A stretch of 63,626 bases of DNA, filler included, from Chiloscyllium plagiosum (taxonomy: Eukaryota), in NCBI RefSeq assembly GCF_004010195.1. It is 5 parts of one record of this genome, joined end to end, with 100 filler letters (N's around TTAATTAATTAA, not from the genome) between each part and the next. Parts side by side here need not be neighbours in the genome. Positions count along the whole stretch, not along the records: positions 11,162 to 22,382 come from NC_057714.1; positions 22,483 to 47,702 come from NC_057714.1; 3 more parts are not named here. The stretch is one strand, 5' to 3'. How positions within the stretch are numbered: position 1 is the first letter of the stretch; the number at the start of each line of letters is the position of its first letter. The notes beneath the pieces were generated by a model. That model was given only the letters and a program-made list of their open reading frames with translations. It did no database searches and had not been told where the DNA came from. Of the stretch, positions 12,862 to 24,659 are shown in pieces. The translations under genes and the position numbers were made by a program.

Positions 12862-13589
12862 TGCTTCCAATTAAACCTGTTGGACTATAACCTGGTGTTG
12901 TGTGATTTTTAACAGTCTAATCTTGGCTCTGATCTCCAGCATCTGCAGTACTCACTTTGGCCTGTGTAGAGGATTGGCTGACTGATTAGAAGCTGACAGT
13001 GAGAATAAAGGGGTCATTTTCAGGATGGCAAACAGGTTCAAATGGAGTTCTGCAGGGTTCAGTGTTGGGACCACAACTATTCACGTTATATATTATATGC
13101 ATAGACTATTTTCTCAATGGGAAAGCTTTGGAAATTTGAAGCACAAAGGGAGTAGTTCATGATTCTCTTCAGGTTAATATGCAGATTCAGTTGGCAGTTA
13201 GGAAGGCAAATACATGTTGGCATTCAAGAGGGCTAGAATGGAAGAGCAAAGAAATACTTTGGTGGTGCCTCACCCTCACCACATTGAGTCCTCACTGGAC
13301 CTCACTAATGCAGATGCCACTGGGTACCACACCAGTCCAGACTCAGCTCCACTGTCACCATGAGTCTGCTTCAGGCCCATTTCGCTAATGTAGCCACTGC
13401 CGAAGCTGTTGGGTCTCGTACTGGGCCCAAACACACCTCCGCCACTGCCTCCATGAATCTGCACTGAATGCAGACGCTGCTGGGAAGACAAACTTGCCTC
13501 CATCACAGCAATCATGAATCAGTGCTAGGACCACTTTACTGATGCAGAAGCCAATGGGAATGCAAACCCTCACTCACATCAACGCCACG

Positions 13590-14960
13590 TGTCCACACTA
13601 GGCTCACTGACCAACCGCCATGTGTCCGCACTCATCCCACTCACTGACCGCGACATGTCTGCACTGGGCCCACTCACCGACCACGATGAGTCCACCCTGG
13701 TCCCACTCACCGACCACCGTGGTCCTCACTGGGCCCACTTACCAACCGCCACCCGTCCGCACTGGGCCCACTCACTGTCCGCCACCTGTCCGCACTGGGC
13801 CCACTCACCGTCCGCCACCCGTCCGCACTGGGCCCACTCACCATCCGCCACCAATCCACACTGGGCCCACTCACCGACCGCCACCCGTCCGCACTGGGCC
13901 CACTCACCATCCGCCACCCGTCCGCACTGGGCCCACTCACCGACCACTGTGAGTCCGCACTGGGCCCACTTACTAACCGCCACCCGTCCACACTGGGCCC
14001 ACTCACCGATCGCCACCCATCCGCACTGGGCCCACTCACCGACCGCCACCCATCCGCATGGGCCCACTCACCGACCGCCCCCCCCATCCGCACTGGGCCC
14101 ACTCACCGTCTGCCACCCGTCCACACTGGGCCCACTCACCGTTCGCCACCTGTCCGCACTGGGCCCACTCACCGTCCGCCACCTGTCCGCACTGGGCCCA
14201 CTCACCGTCCGCCACCCGTCCGCACTGGGCCCACTCAACGTTCGCCACCCGTCCGCACTGGGTACACTCACCAACCGCCACCCGTCCACATTGGGCCCAC
14301 TCACCGTCCGCCACCCGTCCGCACTGGGCCCACTCACCGTCCGCCACCTGTCCGCACTGGGCCCACTCACCGTCCACCACCCGTCCGCACTGGGCCCACT
14401 CACCGTCCGCCACCCGTCGCACTGGGCCCACTCACCGTCCGCCACCCGTCCGCACTGGGCACACTCACCGACCGCCACCTGTCCGCACTGGGCCCACTTA
14501 CCGACCACTGTGAGTCCGCACTGGGCCCACTTACTAACCGCCACCTGTCCACACTGGGCCCACTCACCCGACCGCCACCCGTCCACATTGGGCCCACTCA
14601 CCGACCGCCACCTGTCCGCACTGGGCCCACTCACCATCCGCCACCCGTCGGCACTGGGCCCACTCACCGACCACTGTGAGTCCGCACTGGGCCCACTTAC
14701 TAACCGCCACCTATCCACACTGGGCCCACTCACCGATTGCCACCCATCCGCACTGGGCCCACTCACCGACCGCCACCCATCCGCATGGGCCCACTCACCG
14801 ACTGCCCCCCCCCATCTGCACTGGGCCCACTCACCGTCTGCCACCCGTCCGCACTGGGCCCACTCACCGTCCGCCACCCGTCCGCACTGGGCCCACTCAC
14901 CGTCCGCCACCCGTCCGCACTGGGCCCACTCACCGACCGCCACACGTCCACACTTGGCCT
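13590..14960. repeat. 33-bp GC-rich minisatellite, about 41 copies
   Basis: Unit CCGCACTGGGCCCACTCACCGTCCGCCACCCGT; 11-aa periodicity in the overlapping ORFs. Confidence 0.97.
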
Positions 14961-15727
14961 ACTTGTTACTGCTGATGCTGTTGCTACGACTGAACTCTTC
15001 AATGAATCTTTAGTAAAATAAAAGTCAAAAAAGGAAAAAGTAATGAGAAGAGATAGAAAGAGAGTAAAAAAACAAAAAGAAGAGCGGACAAGCTGTGGGC
15101 TCAGAAGCCTGAACTCTACCGCCATCTTACCAGAAATACGTTAGAAACATAGGGAAGATTTTTTCGGATGGCATGGTTTCTTACCCCACCACTGCCAAAA
15201 TCAGTAGGTTACATATTCCAGCCAATGTACACTGTCCCACAACTTGTTAACATCCATTCGCTGCATTGGGTTTTGATCTTCTAATTTCAAACTACCCTAA
15301 TCCTTTTGGCTCATTCACAAATGATCCACTGCACATCCTTTTCATTCACAAATTTTTTAAACTGAATTCATGGCTTTGCCAGCGTAAATAAGATTTTGTC
15401 CTCAATTTTTGTTTCCGGTTTCCTTGTTTCAAAGGTTTTCTCTGATAGTACAAGAGTACTCATTCTTGTAGTTCACAGCTAGGGTTAAGTAATGACATAG
15501 CTGAGTGGTTTACTCACTGGATTAACAAGCCTGAACGTGAGAGTTCAAATTTCACTGTGATAAATTAGGAAATCTATTACTCTCAAAGTTAGGACAAGGA
15601 AAAGTGACTATGAAAGCTGCTGGATAGTCACAAAGAATCTAAGGGATTCATTCACATCCTGCTAGAATGAGAATCTGCTGTGATTTCTTGATCTCCCTTA
15701 CATGTTCCCACTTTTGTGGTTGACGTT

Positions 15728-17480
15728 TAGAAACATAGACATAGAAAATATGTGCAGGAGTAGGCCATTCGGCCCTTCAAGTCTGCACCATCATTCAATA
15801 TGGTCATGGCTCATCATGTAATCTCTCCCCAAATCCCTTGATCACTTTAAGTTGCAAGGGCCACGTCCAGCTATCTCTTGAATTCCACAGATTCACAACT
15901 CTCTGAGTGAAGAAATTCTTCCTCATCTCAGTTCTGAATGGCTTACCCCTTTTTCTTAGAATGTGGCCCCTAGTTCTAGACTTCCCCAACATTGGGAACA
16001 TTCTTCCTGCATCTAGCCTGTCCCGTCCCATCAGGATTTTATACGTTTCCCCCCTCATTCTTCAAAATTCGAGTGAGTACAAACCTAGTCAATCCAATCT
16101 TTCCTCATATGTCAGTCTTGCCATCCCGGGAATAAGTGTGGTAGACCTTCACCGGGCTCCCTCAATAGCATTAGAGATTAGCTTTCCACACCACCTGCTA
16201 CACCTGCATGCCAACCTTCAGCAACTGTTCCACCATGACACTGAGGTCTCACTGTATCTCACCTTCTACTAAACTGCCACCATTCAGATAATAGTCTGCC
16301 TTCCTGACTTTGTGACCAAAGTGGATAACGTCACATTTATCCATATTATATCGCACATGCCAAGTATTTGCCCACTCAGCCAGTCTGTCCAAGTCACCCT
16401 GCAGCCTTCGCAGTCTCCTCACAGCACACACTGCCATCCAGCTTAATGTCATCTGCAAATTTGGAGATATGACATTCAATTCTTTCATGCAAATTGTTAA
16501 TGTATATTGTGAACAGCTGGAATCTGTTGGCTGAATGGCACCTCACTCATCAGTGCCTGCCACTCTGAAAAGGACCTGTTTATTCTACCTCTCTGCTTCC
16601 TGTCTGCCAACCAGTTCCCTATCCACATTACCATCAATACCATGAGCTTTAATTTTCTTTACTAACCTTTTGTGTGGAAGCTTACCAAAAGCCTTTTAAA
16701 AGTCCAATACACAACATTTACTGATTCACCATTGTCTACTCCACTGGTCACGTCCTCAAACATTTCCAGAAGATTTGTCAAGCATGATTTCCTTTTAGTG
16801 AATCCATGCTAACTTGGACCATTTCCATCACTGCTTTCCAAATGCTCAGTTATTAAATCCTTAATGATTAACTCCAGCATCTTCCCCACCATGATGTCAG
16901 GCTAACCAGCCTATAATTCCCCATTTTCTGTCTCACCTTTTTTTTAAAAAGTGGGGTTACATTAGCTATGCTCCAGTCCATTGGAACTCTTCCAGAGTCA
17001 ACAGAATGCTGGAAAATGATCACCAATACATTCCCTGTTTTTAGGACCACTTCCTTAAGTATTCTGACTAATTCCTGACTAATAAGGATTTTCTTCTGTT
17101 CAACTTTTGTGCTTGACCCTCTGTCTCCTAGCATTTCCTGAAGGTTATTTGAGCCCTCCTTAGTGAAGATAGATCCAAGGTACTTGTTCAACTGGTCTGT
17201 CATCTCTTTGGTGTCCATTATGAATTCCCGCTGATTCTAATTGCAAAGGACCTACATTTGTTCTTCACTGGTCTTTTTCTCTTCATGTTTCTATAGAAAC
17301 TTTAACAGTCAGTTTTTATGTTTTCTGCAAGCTTACTTTCATATTCCATTTTCCCCATCTGAATTAAACCCTTTGACTTCCTTTGCTGAATTTTAAATTT
17401 ATTCCAGTCCTCAGGTTTGCTGCTTTTCTGTCTAATTTATGGCCTTAACACTATCCCTGATTTCCATTGTTAGCCATGGT
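15728..17480 (-). mobile_element. CR1 LINE ORF2 3' part, decayed
   Basis: DWSIANVTPLFKK...GNYRLVSLTS, LQGDLDRLAEWA...KCDVIHFG, FFTQRVVNLWNS; tail AGAAACATAGACATAG. Confidence 0.9.
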
Positions 17481-18139
17481 TGAGTGGTAGTTTGTTCCTC
17501 CTCCGACTGTTTCAACTCGCTGCTCCTCGCCCTCCTCACCAAAGCCTAGTATTCACTAAAACCTCCACTTAAACCTCTAGCAGAACTTCCATCACAAAAC
17601 TGTTCTTCTCAAAATAGCCACTCCACTATAGCTTGTTCTTATTTGCTCCTGGGTAATGACTGAGAAACCCCTCCCAGAATTCTTCTCAGCAGCAACCTCT
17701 GTTGGATGCTCTTGCACTGTTCACTGACACCAGCTGTTCGGCGCTCTCAGTGACTGAGACAACCCCTCCCAGAATCCTTCTCAATTTAATATATTTTGTT
17801 TAAAATGAGCTGCAATTGCTTCAGATTAAAGTCCATGCCCCTATCTTAAGTCAACTATGGACAATTAATGTGACCATCCCAGCATTTCCAAAACAAGAGT
17901 AGACGTTCTGGAGCCTTTGGACATCAAAAGGATGTGACATCTAAAGACATGATTGAAAGAAGACTTATTTTCTGAATTAACTATTTACCTTGATTATATT
18001 TGTCATTTAACCAATGTGTGGACCAAATACACTGCATGAACATTATATAAGCAAAGGAACATTCCTCTGCTTCCCACATTTTCCCTTTCTCCAAACCATA
18101 GCTGTAGATACCAGATTAGTATTAATTTTTTTTCCAATT

Positions 18140-20130
18140 AATGTCCCCTTGAGAAGTTGGTGGTGAGCTGCCTTCTTGAACCGCTGCAGTCTACATGCTG
18201 TAAGTTGACCCACAATGTCCTGAGGGAGGGGATTCCAGGATTTTGACCCAGTGACAGTAACAGAACAGCAATGTATTTCCAAGTCAGGATGGTGAGTGGT
18301 TTGGAGAAGATCTTTAAGTGGGTGGAGTTCCCATGAATCTGCTACCCATGTCATTCTAAATGGAAGTGGGCGTGGGTTTGGAAGGTGCTGTGTAAGGATC
18401 TTTGGTGAATTTCAGCAGTGCTTCTTGTAAATAGCACACACTGCTGTGACTGAGTGTCAGTGGTGGAGGGAGTGAATGTGCCAATCAGGTGAGCTGCTTT
18501 GTCCTGGATGGTGTCAAGCCGGAAGCCAAGTTTTGGCTTCTGCAAGGCTTTGGGGAGTCAGGAGGTTAATTACTCGCTGCAGATTCCTTTAATCTGACTT
18601 GTTCTTGTAGCCACTGTGTTTATGTGATGAGTCCAGTTGGTTTCTGGTCAATGGTAACCCCAACGATGTTGATAGTGGAGGATTCAATGATGGTAACACC
18701 ATTGAATGTCAATGGGTGGTGGTTAGATTGTCTCTTATTGTAGATACTCATAGCATACCATTTGTGTGGCATGAATGCTACTTGCTACTTGTCAGACCAA
18801 GCCTGAATATTGTCCAGATCTTGTTGCAGTTGAACATGGACTGCTTCAGTATCTGAGGAATCATGAATGGTGCTGAACATTGTGCAATCACCAGCGAATA
18901 TTCCAACTTCTGACATTATGATGGAGGGAAGGTAATTGGTGAAGCAGCTGAAGAGGTTAGACCTAGGACACTACCCTGAGGAACTCCTGCAGAGATGTCC
19001 TGGAGCTGAGGTGACTTACTTCCAACAACCACAACCATTTTTCTATGTGCCAGATATGACTCCAGCCATGCAGAGTTTGCCCCCAATACCCATTGATTCC
19101 AGTTTTGTTGGTGGCCCTTTATGCCACACTCCATCAGCTGAGTGGCCCTGAGTGTCAAACTGGGTGTCACCGAGCAGGTTATAGAATCACAGAAGCACTA
19201 CAGTGTAGTTGCAGGCCACTCAGCCCATCATGTCCACACCACCACTCTGAAGAGCATCCCACCCAAACCCAACCCTGTACCCTATTCCCTTGGCCAATCT
19301 GAGCCTGCACATTCCTGGACACTATGGGCAATTTCCCATGACCAATCCAGCTGACCTGCACATCTTTGGACTGGGGGAGGAAACCGGAGCAAACCCACGC
19401 AGACTCAGGGAGAATGTACAAACTCCACACAGACAATCACCTGAGGCTGGAATTGAACCTAAGTCTCTGGCACTGTGAGGCAGCAGTGCTAAGCACTGAG
19501 CTACTGTACTGCCCCACATGGTGGTCACTCTTACCAATGCTATCATGGACAGATGCATCTGCAGCTAGCTGATCAGTAAGGACGAGGTCAAGTATGTTTT
19601 TCCTTCTTGTTGGTTCCCTCACCACCTTCTGTAGACCCAGTCTAGCAACTATGTCCTTTAGGACTTGACCAGCTCGATCAGTAGTATTGCTGATCTCCAT
19701 CCAGAGTATGTTTTGTGTCCTTGCCATCCTCAGTGCTTCCTCCAAGTGTTATTCAACATGGAGGAGTACTGATTCATCAGCTGAGGGACGATATGTGGTA
19801 ATCCTTGCCCATGTTTAACCTGAAGCCATGAGACTTCATGGAGTCCAGAGTCAATGCTGAGGACTCCCAGGACTGCATCCCTGATGTACCTACCTGCTGG
19901 TGAGACAGGATGTATCCAGGAATGGGGATGGTGGTGTCTGGGACATTGTCTGTAAGGTATGATCTCATGAGTATGACTATGTCAGGCTGTTGTTTGACCA
20001 GTCTGTGAGACAGCTCTCCCAATGTTGGCCCTAACCCCCAGATATTAGTGAGGAGGACTTTGCAGGGTCAACAGGACTGTTTCTGCCGTTATCTTTTCCG
20101 GTGGCTAGGTTGATGCCAGGTGGTCCATCC
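18140..20130 (-). mobile_element. Second CR1-clade LINE family (EN plus RT remnants), interrupted by an HE1 SINE
   Basis: QQPDIVIL...IPIPGYI (EN), EPTRRKNILDLVLT...IGKSDH, WLESYLAHRKMVVVVG...AGVPQGSVLG (RT). Confidence 0.85.
19180..19516 (-). mobile_element. HE1-type SINE
   Basis: Head GGGGCAGTACAGTAGCTCAGTGCTTAGCACTGCTGCCTCACAG with B-box GGTTCAATTCC on minus strand. Confidence 0.85.
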
Positions 20131-20164
20131 GGTTTCATTTCTCTGTTGAAACTTCCTAATAATC

Positions 20165-20650
20165 CTTCAATCTAACCTTCCATGTCGATTAGTAATCCTA
20201 AATTAATCCAGTCCCATTTTTCAGCATTTGGCCCATGTCCTTCTAAACCCTTCCAGTCATATACCCATCCAGATGCCTTTTAAATGTTATAATTGTACCA
20301 GCCTCCATCACCTCCTCCGACAGCTTATTCCATACATGAACCACCCTCTGTGTGAAAACATTCCCCCCTAGTTCCCTTTTAAATCTTTCCCCTCTCACCT
20401 ATGCCCTCTAGTTCTGATCTCCCCTATCCAGGGGAAACATTCTTGGCTATTTACCCTATCCTTGCCCTTCATGGTTTTATAAACTTCTGTAAGGTCACTC
20501 CCCAGCCTCCAACGCTCCAGGGAAAATAGCCCCAGCCTATTCTGTCTCTCACAATAGCTCAAATCCTCCAACCCTAGCAACAGCCTTGTAAATCATTTCT
20601 GAACTCTTTCAAATTTCACAACATATATTCTACAACAGGGAGACCAAAAC
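20165..20650 (-). mobile_element. CR1 (HER1-like) 3' fragment
   Basis: LEDLSYCERQNRLGLFSLERWRLGSDLTEVYK. Confidence 0.9.
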
Positions 20651-22004
20651 CATATTGCTGTGGGTCTGGAGTCACGTGGTCCAGATGATCTGAGTATGGC
20701 AAAATTCCTTCCCTGAAGTACATTCATTAAGTAATTAAGTAAAATCAGATTTTCTTTTAACAGATTTAGTGATAATTACACAGCCTAGGAATGGTAGAAA
20801 GAGAGACAGTGACAGTATAGTTCACTTAACATGGTCACTAGTTTCATGAAAATATCCCTTCATTTGCCTTGAATCAGAAGGACTGCTTTGAGCAGCATGA
20901 CATCAAAAATAGCCTCCAAATCTACTCTGTTTCCATGTCACACAAATCAATGTGAGACTTCCAAGTTAAAAAAAAGCGAATCAAGTCCATGCAGGTGAGT
21001 AAACACTTCATATTCAGGAATGTGGAAACCATACCATAAGCTGTGTCATGAGTCATTGACTTGATGGATTAGAATCGGAACAGGATATAAGAGGCAAGTT
21101 TTGTCTCTTCACTTCTCCCCACCAAAAAAAAGGCTTTGTCAAAAGCAAATTATTTAGACGCCATCAAGCAGATAATTTATGGTTTATGACTTCATCTCCG
21201 GTATAAGAGGCCCCTGCAAGCCAGATAAGGTTTCAGAGAAATGTCATGCCACTGGGTCATGTGGAATTAAATTGCATCAATCCAGTGCCATTGGATATTT
21301 TATGAATAGGCAGGAACTTGGTGTAACATCTCATCTGAAATATGGCACACATGCAGCTTATCCTCAATGTTTCAGGGAGAGCTAGATAGCAGTGATACTG
21401 TGATGGTGTGAGATAATGTCAGATTGGAAGAGTCTTATTTGTAATATAATCATTTGCATGGAACTATGAACTGAAAGGTTTGTTTCTACACTGTCATTTC
21501 TTCAGTAGCTGAATTGGCTAACAGCACTGATATCATTTGTCATAACAGTAGCTTACCATTGGCAAACCATCCAAATAACAACGTGGGAGCAATGACAATT
21601 ATGTGATCGGTGCATTCCTGTGCAGAGATGCTGCTTTATGATGCCTGAAATTCAAAATAATACATCAATTTCAAGGATTTTTAATTGATATTTTAGAGAT
21701 TACATTCTATCCAACTTTCTGTAAAACCGTAAACACAGATCTTGATGATATGTTGAAAGAACCTATTTCTTCCACTCTGATTTTATACCTCCATCTCAGA
21801 GGGCATTGACTCATGGTGCCAAACACTTTGGTGGGCATACCAGATATGCCACATTTCCTCTCAGCTGCTGTAAGTAACCACAAATTAGTTGGCAATGAAA
21901 GATGGGCAGTAACTACTGGTGCAGCCAGTGAAGCCGATATCTCATAAATGAATTAAAAATGTATAAGCTTAGATAGTTAGTAAAACAGCAAACCATATCA
22001 TCTC

Positions 22005-22815
22005 AGCTATCTGTAAGAATAATAGAGTGGTTATTGTAGGGGATTTTAACTTTCCAAACATAAACTGGGACTGCCATAGTGTTAAAGGTTTAGATGGAGA
22101 GGAATTTCTTAAGTGTGTACAAGACAATTTTCTGATTCACTATGTGGATGTACCTACTAGAGATGGTGCAAAACTTGACCTACTCTTGGGAAATAAGGCA
22201 GGGCAGGTGACTGAGGTGTCAGTGGGGGAGCACTTTGGGGTCAGTGACCATAATTCTATTCATTTTAAAATAGTGATGGAAAAGGATAGACTAGATCTAA
22301 AAGTTGATGTTCTAAATTGGAGAAAGGCCAATTTTGACGGTATTAGGCAAGAACTTTCAAAAGCTGATTGGAGGCAGATGTTNNNNNNNNNNNNNNNNNN
22401 NNNNNNNNNNNNNNNNNNNNNNNNNNTTAATTAATTAANNNNNNNNNNNNNNNNNNNNNNNNNNNNNNNNNNNNNNNNNNNNAAATAGACAAAGTCTTTT
22501 CCCTGGGGTTGGGGAGTCCAGAACTAGAGGGCATAGGTTTAGGGTGAGAGGGGAAAGATATAAAAGAGACGTAAGGGGCAACGTTTTCACGCAGAGGGTG
22601 GTACGTGTATGGAATGAGCTGCCAGAGGATGTGGTGGAAGCTGGTATAATTGCAACATTTAAGAGGCATTTGGATAGGTATATGAATAGGAAGGGTTTGG
22701 GGGATATGGCCCGGTTGCTGACAGGTAGGACTAGATTGGGTTGGGATACCTGTTCGGCATGGACGGGTTGGACCGAAGGGTCTCTTTCCATGCTGTACAT
22801 CTCCATGACTCTATC
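22005..22815 (+). mobile_element. CR1 (HER1-like) LINE spanning a gap: endonuclease at left, 3' end at right
   Basis: VIVGDFNFPNINW...PTRDGAKLDLLL...SDHNSI; FTQRVVRVWNELP plus tail CATGCTGTACATCTCCATGACTCTA. Confidence 0.9.
22383..22482. other. Artificial contig spacer
   Basis: 44N-TTAATTAATTAA-44N. Confidence 0.97.
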
Positions 22816-24289
22816 TGTTCAGTTACAATGAAGGATCATACTGGAATTGAGATGTTAACTCGGTTTCTCTCTGCACAGGTGCTGCTAGACCTGCCAAGTT
22901 TTTACCCTGCCCAGAAATACTAGAGGGGATTGACGTGATCATATTGATGATTCAGGTGAGATTTAATACCTCGGTCAACAACAAATTATATTTATATAAT
23001 GCTTTTAATAGATAAAAATAAATCCTAAGTATTCGTGAATACTTAATTAGAAAGGAGTTTAACACTGAATCAAAGAAGCTATTAGATATAGTCACTAAAA
23101 ATCTAGTCAGAGGTATGTCTTAAGGGACAACCTAAAGAAGAATGAGATGGAGAGGGTTCAGGGAGGAAATTTCAGAGCTGAAGGTACAGCCACGAATGTG
23201 GGATCAGAAAGTTGGAAACTCACAAGAGTTCATATTTGGACAAATGCAGAGAAGTCAGACCAAAATTAAATTAACTTTTAAACATACAACATGGGACACC
23301 ACTGGTGATCTAATGATTAAGGGTAACCAACAAATGCTTCTTAATTACTCTTATGTAAATCTTCTGTCAAGCAGGGCTGTGAGGATCATGTGTAATGGTG
23401 ACTCCAATGGATATGAATTTGGGCCCATTGTTAAAGACTGGCATTTATTTTATCAATATAATCCTGGCTGTTAAATACAACTGCTTCAATTCTTTTGTCA
23501 GGCTTACAGATATATATATCTGGGTTGGACTAGAGATCCCACACACACACTACCAGATACTCAAAGCACAGGTAGATGTTTGCATGTGAAAATATGTCAT
23601 TGTAGTTAGCTATCCTATGTGCACTAAAACAGTTAGGCATGCTTTTAGAGATTCCACAACTTGATTGGTTTGTGGCAGGATAGCTGGTAATAGAGGAGTT
23701 CAAATTCAGCAAATACCTCTTCCTGTTTGATATTGTATGAAAGCTGGACCAAATGTGGAATAATTCAGAAGAACAAACTCCTTGTTCTCAAGGAGTACAT
23801 GATCAAAGATTTATTATGTGTTTGCTGACATTATTAGTTATCCACACATTGTGCCCTTTCAACTAAATAAATGTTTGCTGGATACCTATCCCATGATGCA
23901 TGGAATTTCCTGACTATTCAGGGTCGACTTGCTTGGTTTGAATTTAAACAAAGGCTTGCAATCAACAATTTCCTGTTGCATTCTCCATGGCAACACCTTA
24001 ATGACTCATTTTTTGCACCAGTCAAGTTCTGTACCACCGAGTGACTATAAAAATATGAGAATTACTTGCTCGATGTTAGATGATCTAACCAAATTGAGGT
24101 CACTGAAAAGAATTGTAGGCGATGTAAAATAACAGGAGTAAGCCAGTTTTAAAGTACTGGTGTGTCATGAGAAACCTATGATGTTAAAAAAAAGACACAA
24201 ATGAAACTCAGTGTGGAATATGAAAAGGTGATTATTTTCCAAAGTTCAGTGAATCTGCAATTTATTCAGCTAGAACATTATGCAGCCAG

Positions 24290-24607
24290 AACAGGCTCAG
24301 TGGTTAGCACTGCTGCCTGGGACCCAGGTTCGATTCCAGCCTCAGGCTGATTGTCTGTGTGGAGTTTGCACATTCTCCCAGTGTCTGTGTGGGTTTCCTC
24401 CGGGTGTTCCGGTTTCCTCCCACAGTCCAAAGATGTACAGGTTAGGTGAATTGGCCATGCTAAATTGCCCATAGTGCTCAGGGATGTGTAGGTTAGGTGC
24501 ATTAGTCATGGATAAATGTGAGATAATAGGGTAGGGGATGGATCAGGGTGTGTTAGTCTTCAGAAGGGTCTTATGGATCAGGGTGTGTTAGTCTTCAGAA
24601 GGGTCTT
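24290..24607 (+). mobile_element. HE1-type SINE, 3'-truncated, with a terminal 35-bp tandem duplication
   Basis: GGCTCAGTGGTTAGCACTGCTGCC, B-box GGTTCGATTCC; 24538-24572 equals 24573-24607. Confidence 0.85.
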
Positions 24608-24659
24608 ATACCTATATAGACTTATATAGATATAAGTCTATAAAATAGACTTTTTGTCC

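Larger units (their letters stand above)
12048..12913. mobile_element. Non-autonomous PLE-type element with 211-bp inverted repeats, 36-bp terminal extension and two hammerhead cores
   Basis: Arms 12084-12294 and 12703-12913 are reverse complements; TSD CAGTCTAATCTTG at 12035-12047 and 12913-12925; internal TG-rich tract. Confidence 0.85.
11916..12962. mobile_element. Fold-back PLE-terminus derivative (middle layer of nest)
   Basis: Inverted arms; TSD TGTGTAGA(C/G)GATTGG at 11901-11915 and 12963-12977. Confidence 0.8.
11688..13257 (+). mobile_element. CR1 LINE RT fragment hosting two nested PLE-derived insertions
   Basis: CAGCATGGTTTC...TGCCTGACAAATCTATTAGAATTCTTTGAG...GATTTCCAGAAGGCTTTTGAC, resuming at 12963 with GATTGGCTG...CAGGGTTCAGTGTTGGGACC. 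Confidence 0.85.

Noticed and set aside
13590..14960. CRISPR-like array (33-bp repeat with internal palindrome GGGCCC)
   Set aside because: Units are head-to-tail with no unique spacers, there are no cas genes, and the context is vertebrate.
13589..15125. 474-aa ORF and many overlapping ORFs with 11-aa repeats as a repetitive protein gene
   Set aside because: They result from a stop-free 33-bp tandem unit. The peptide repeat switches frame at indels, both strands are open, and no splice or domain evidence supports a protein.
20764..20994. Possible exon (TTTTCTTTTAACAG acceptor, CAG/GTGAGT donor)
   Set aside because: All three frames contain stops and there is no recognisable homology; a non-coding exon cannot be supported from sequence alone.
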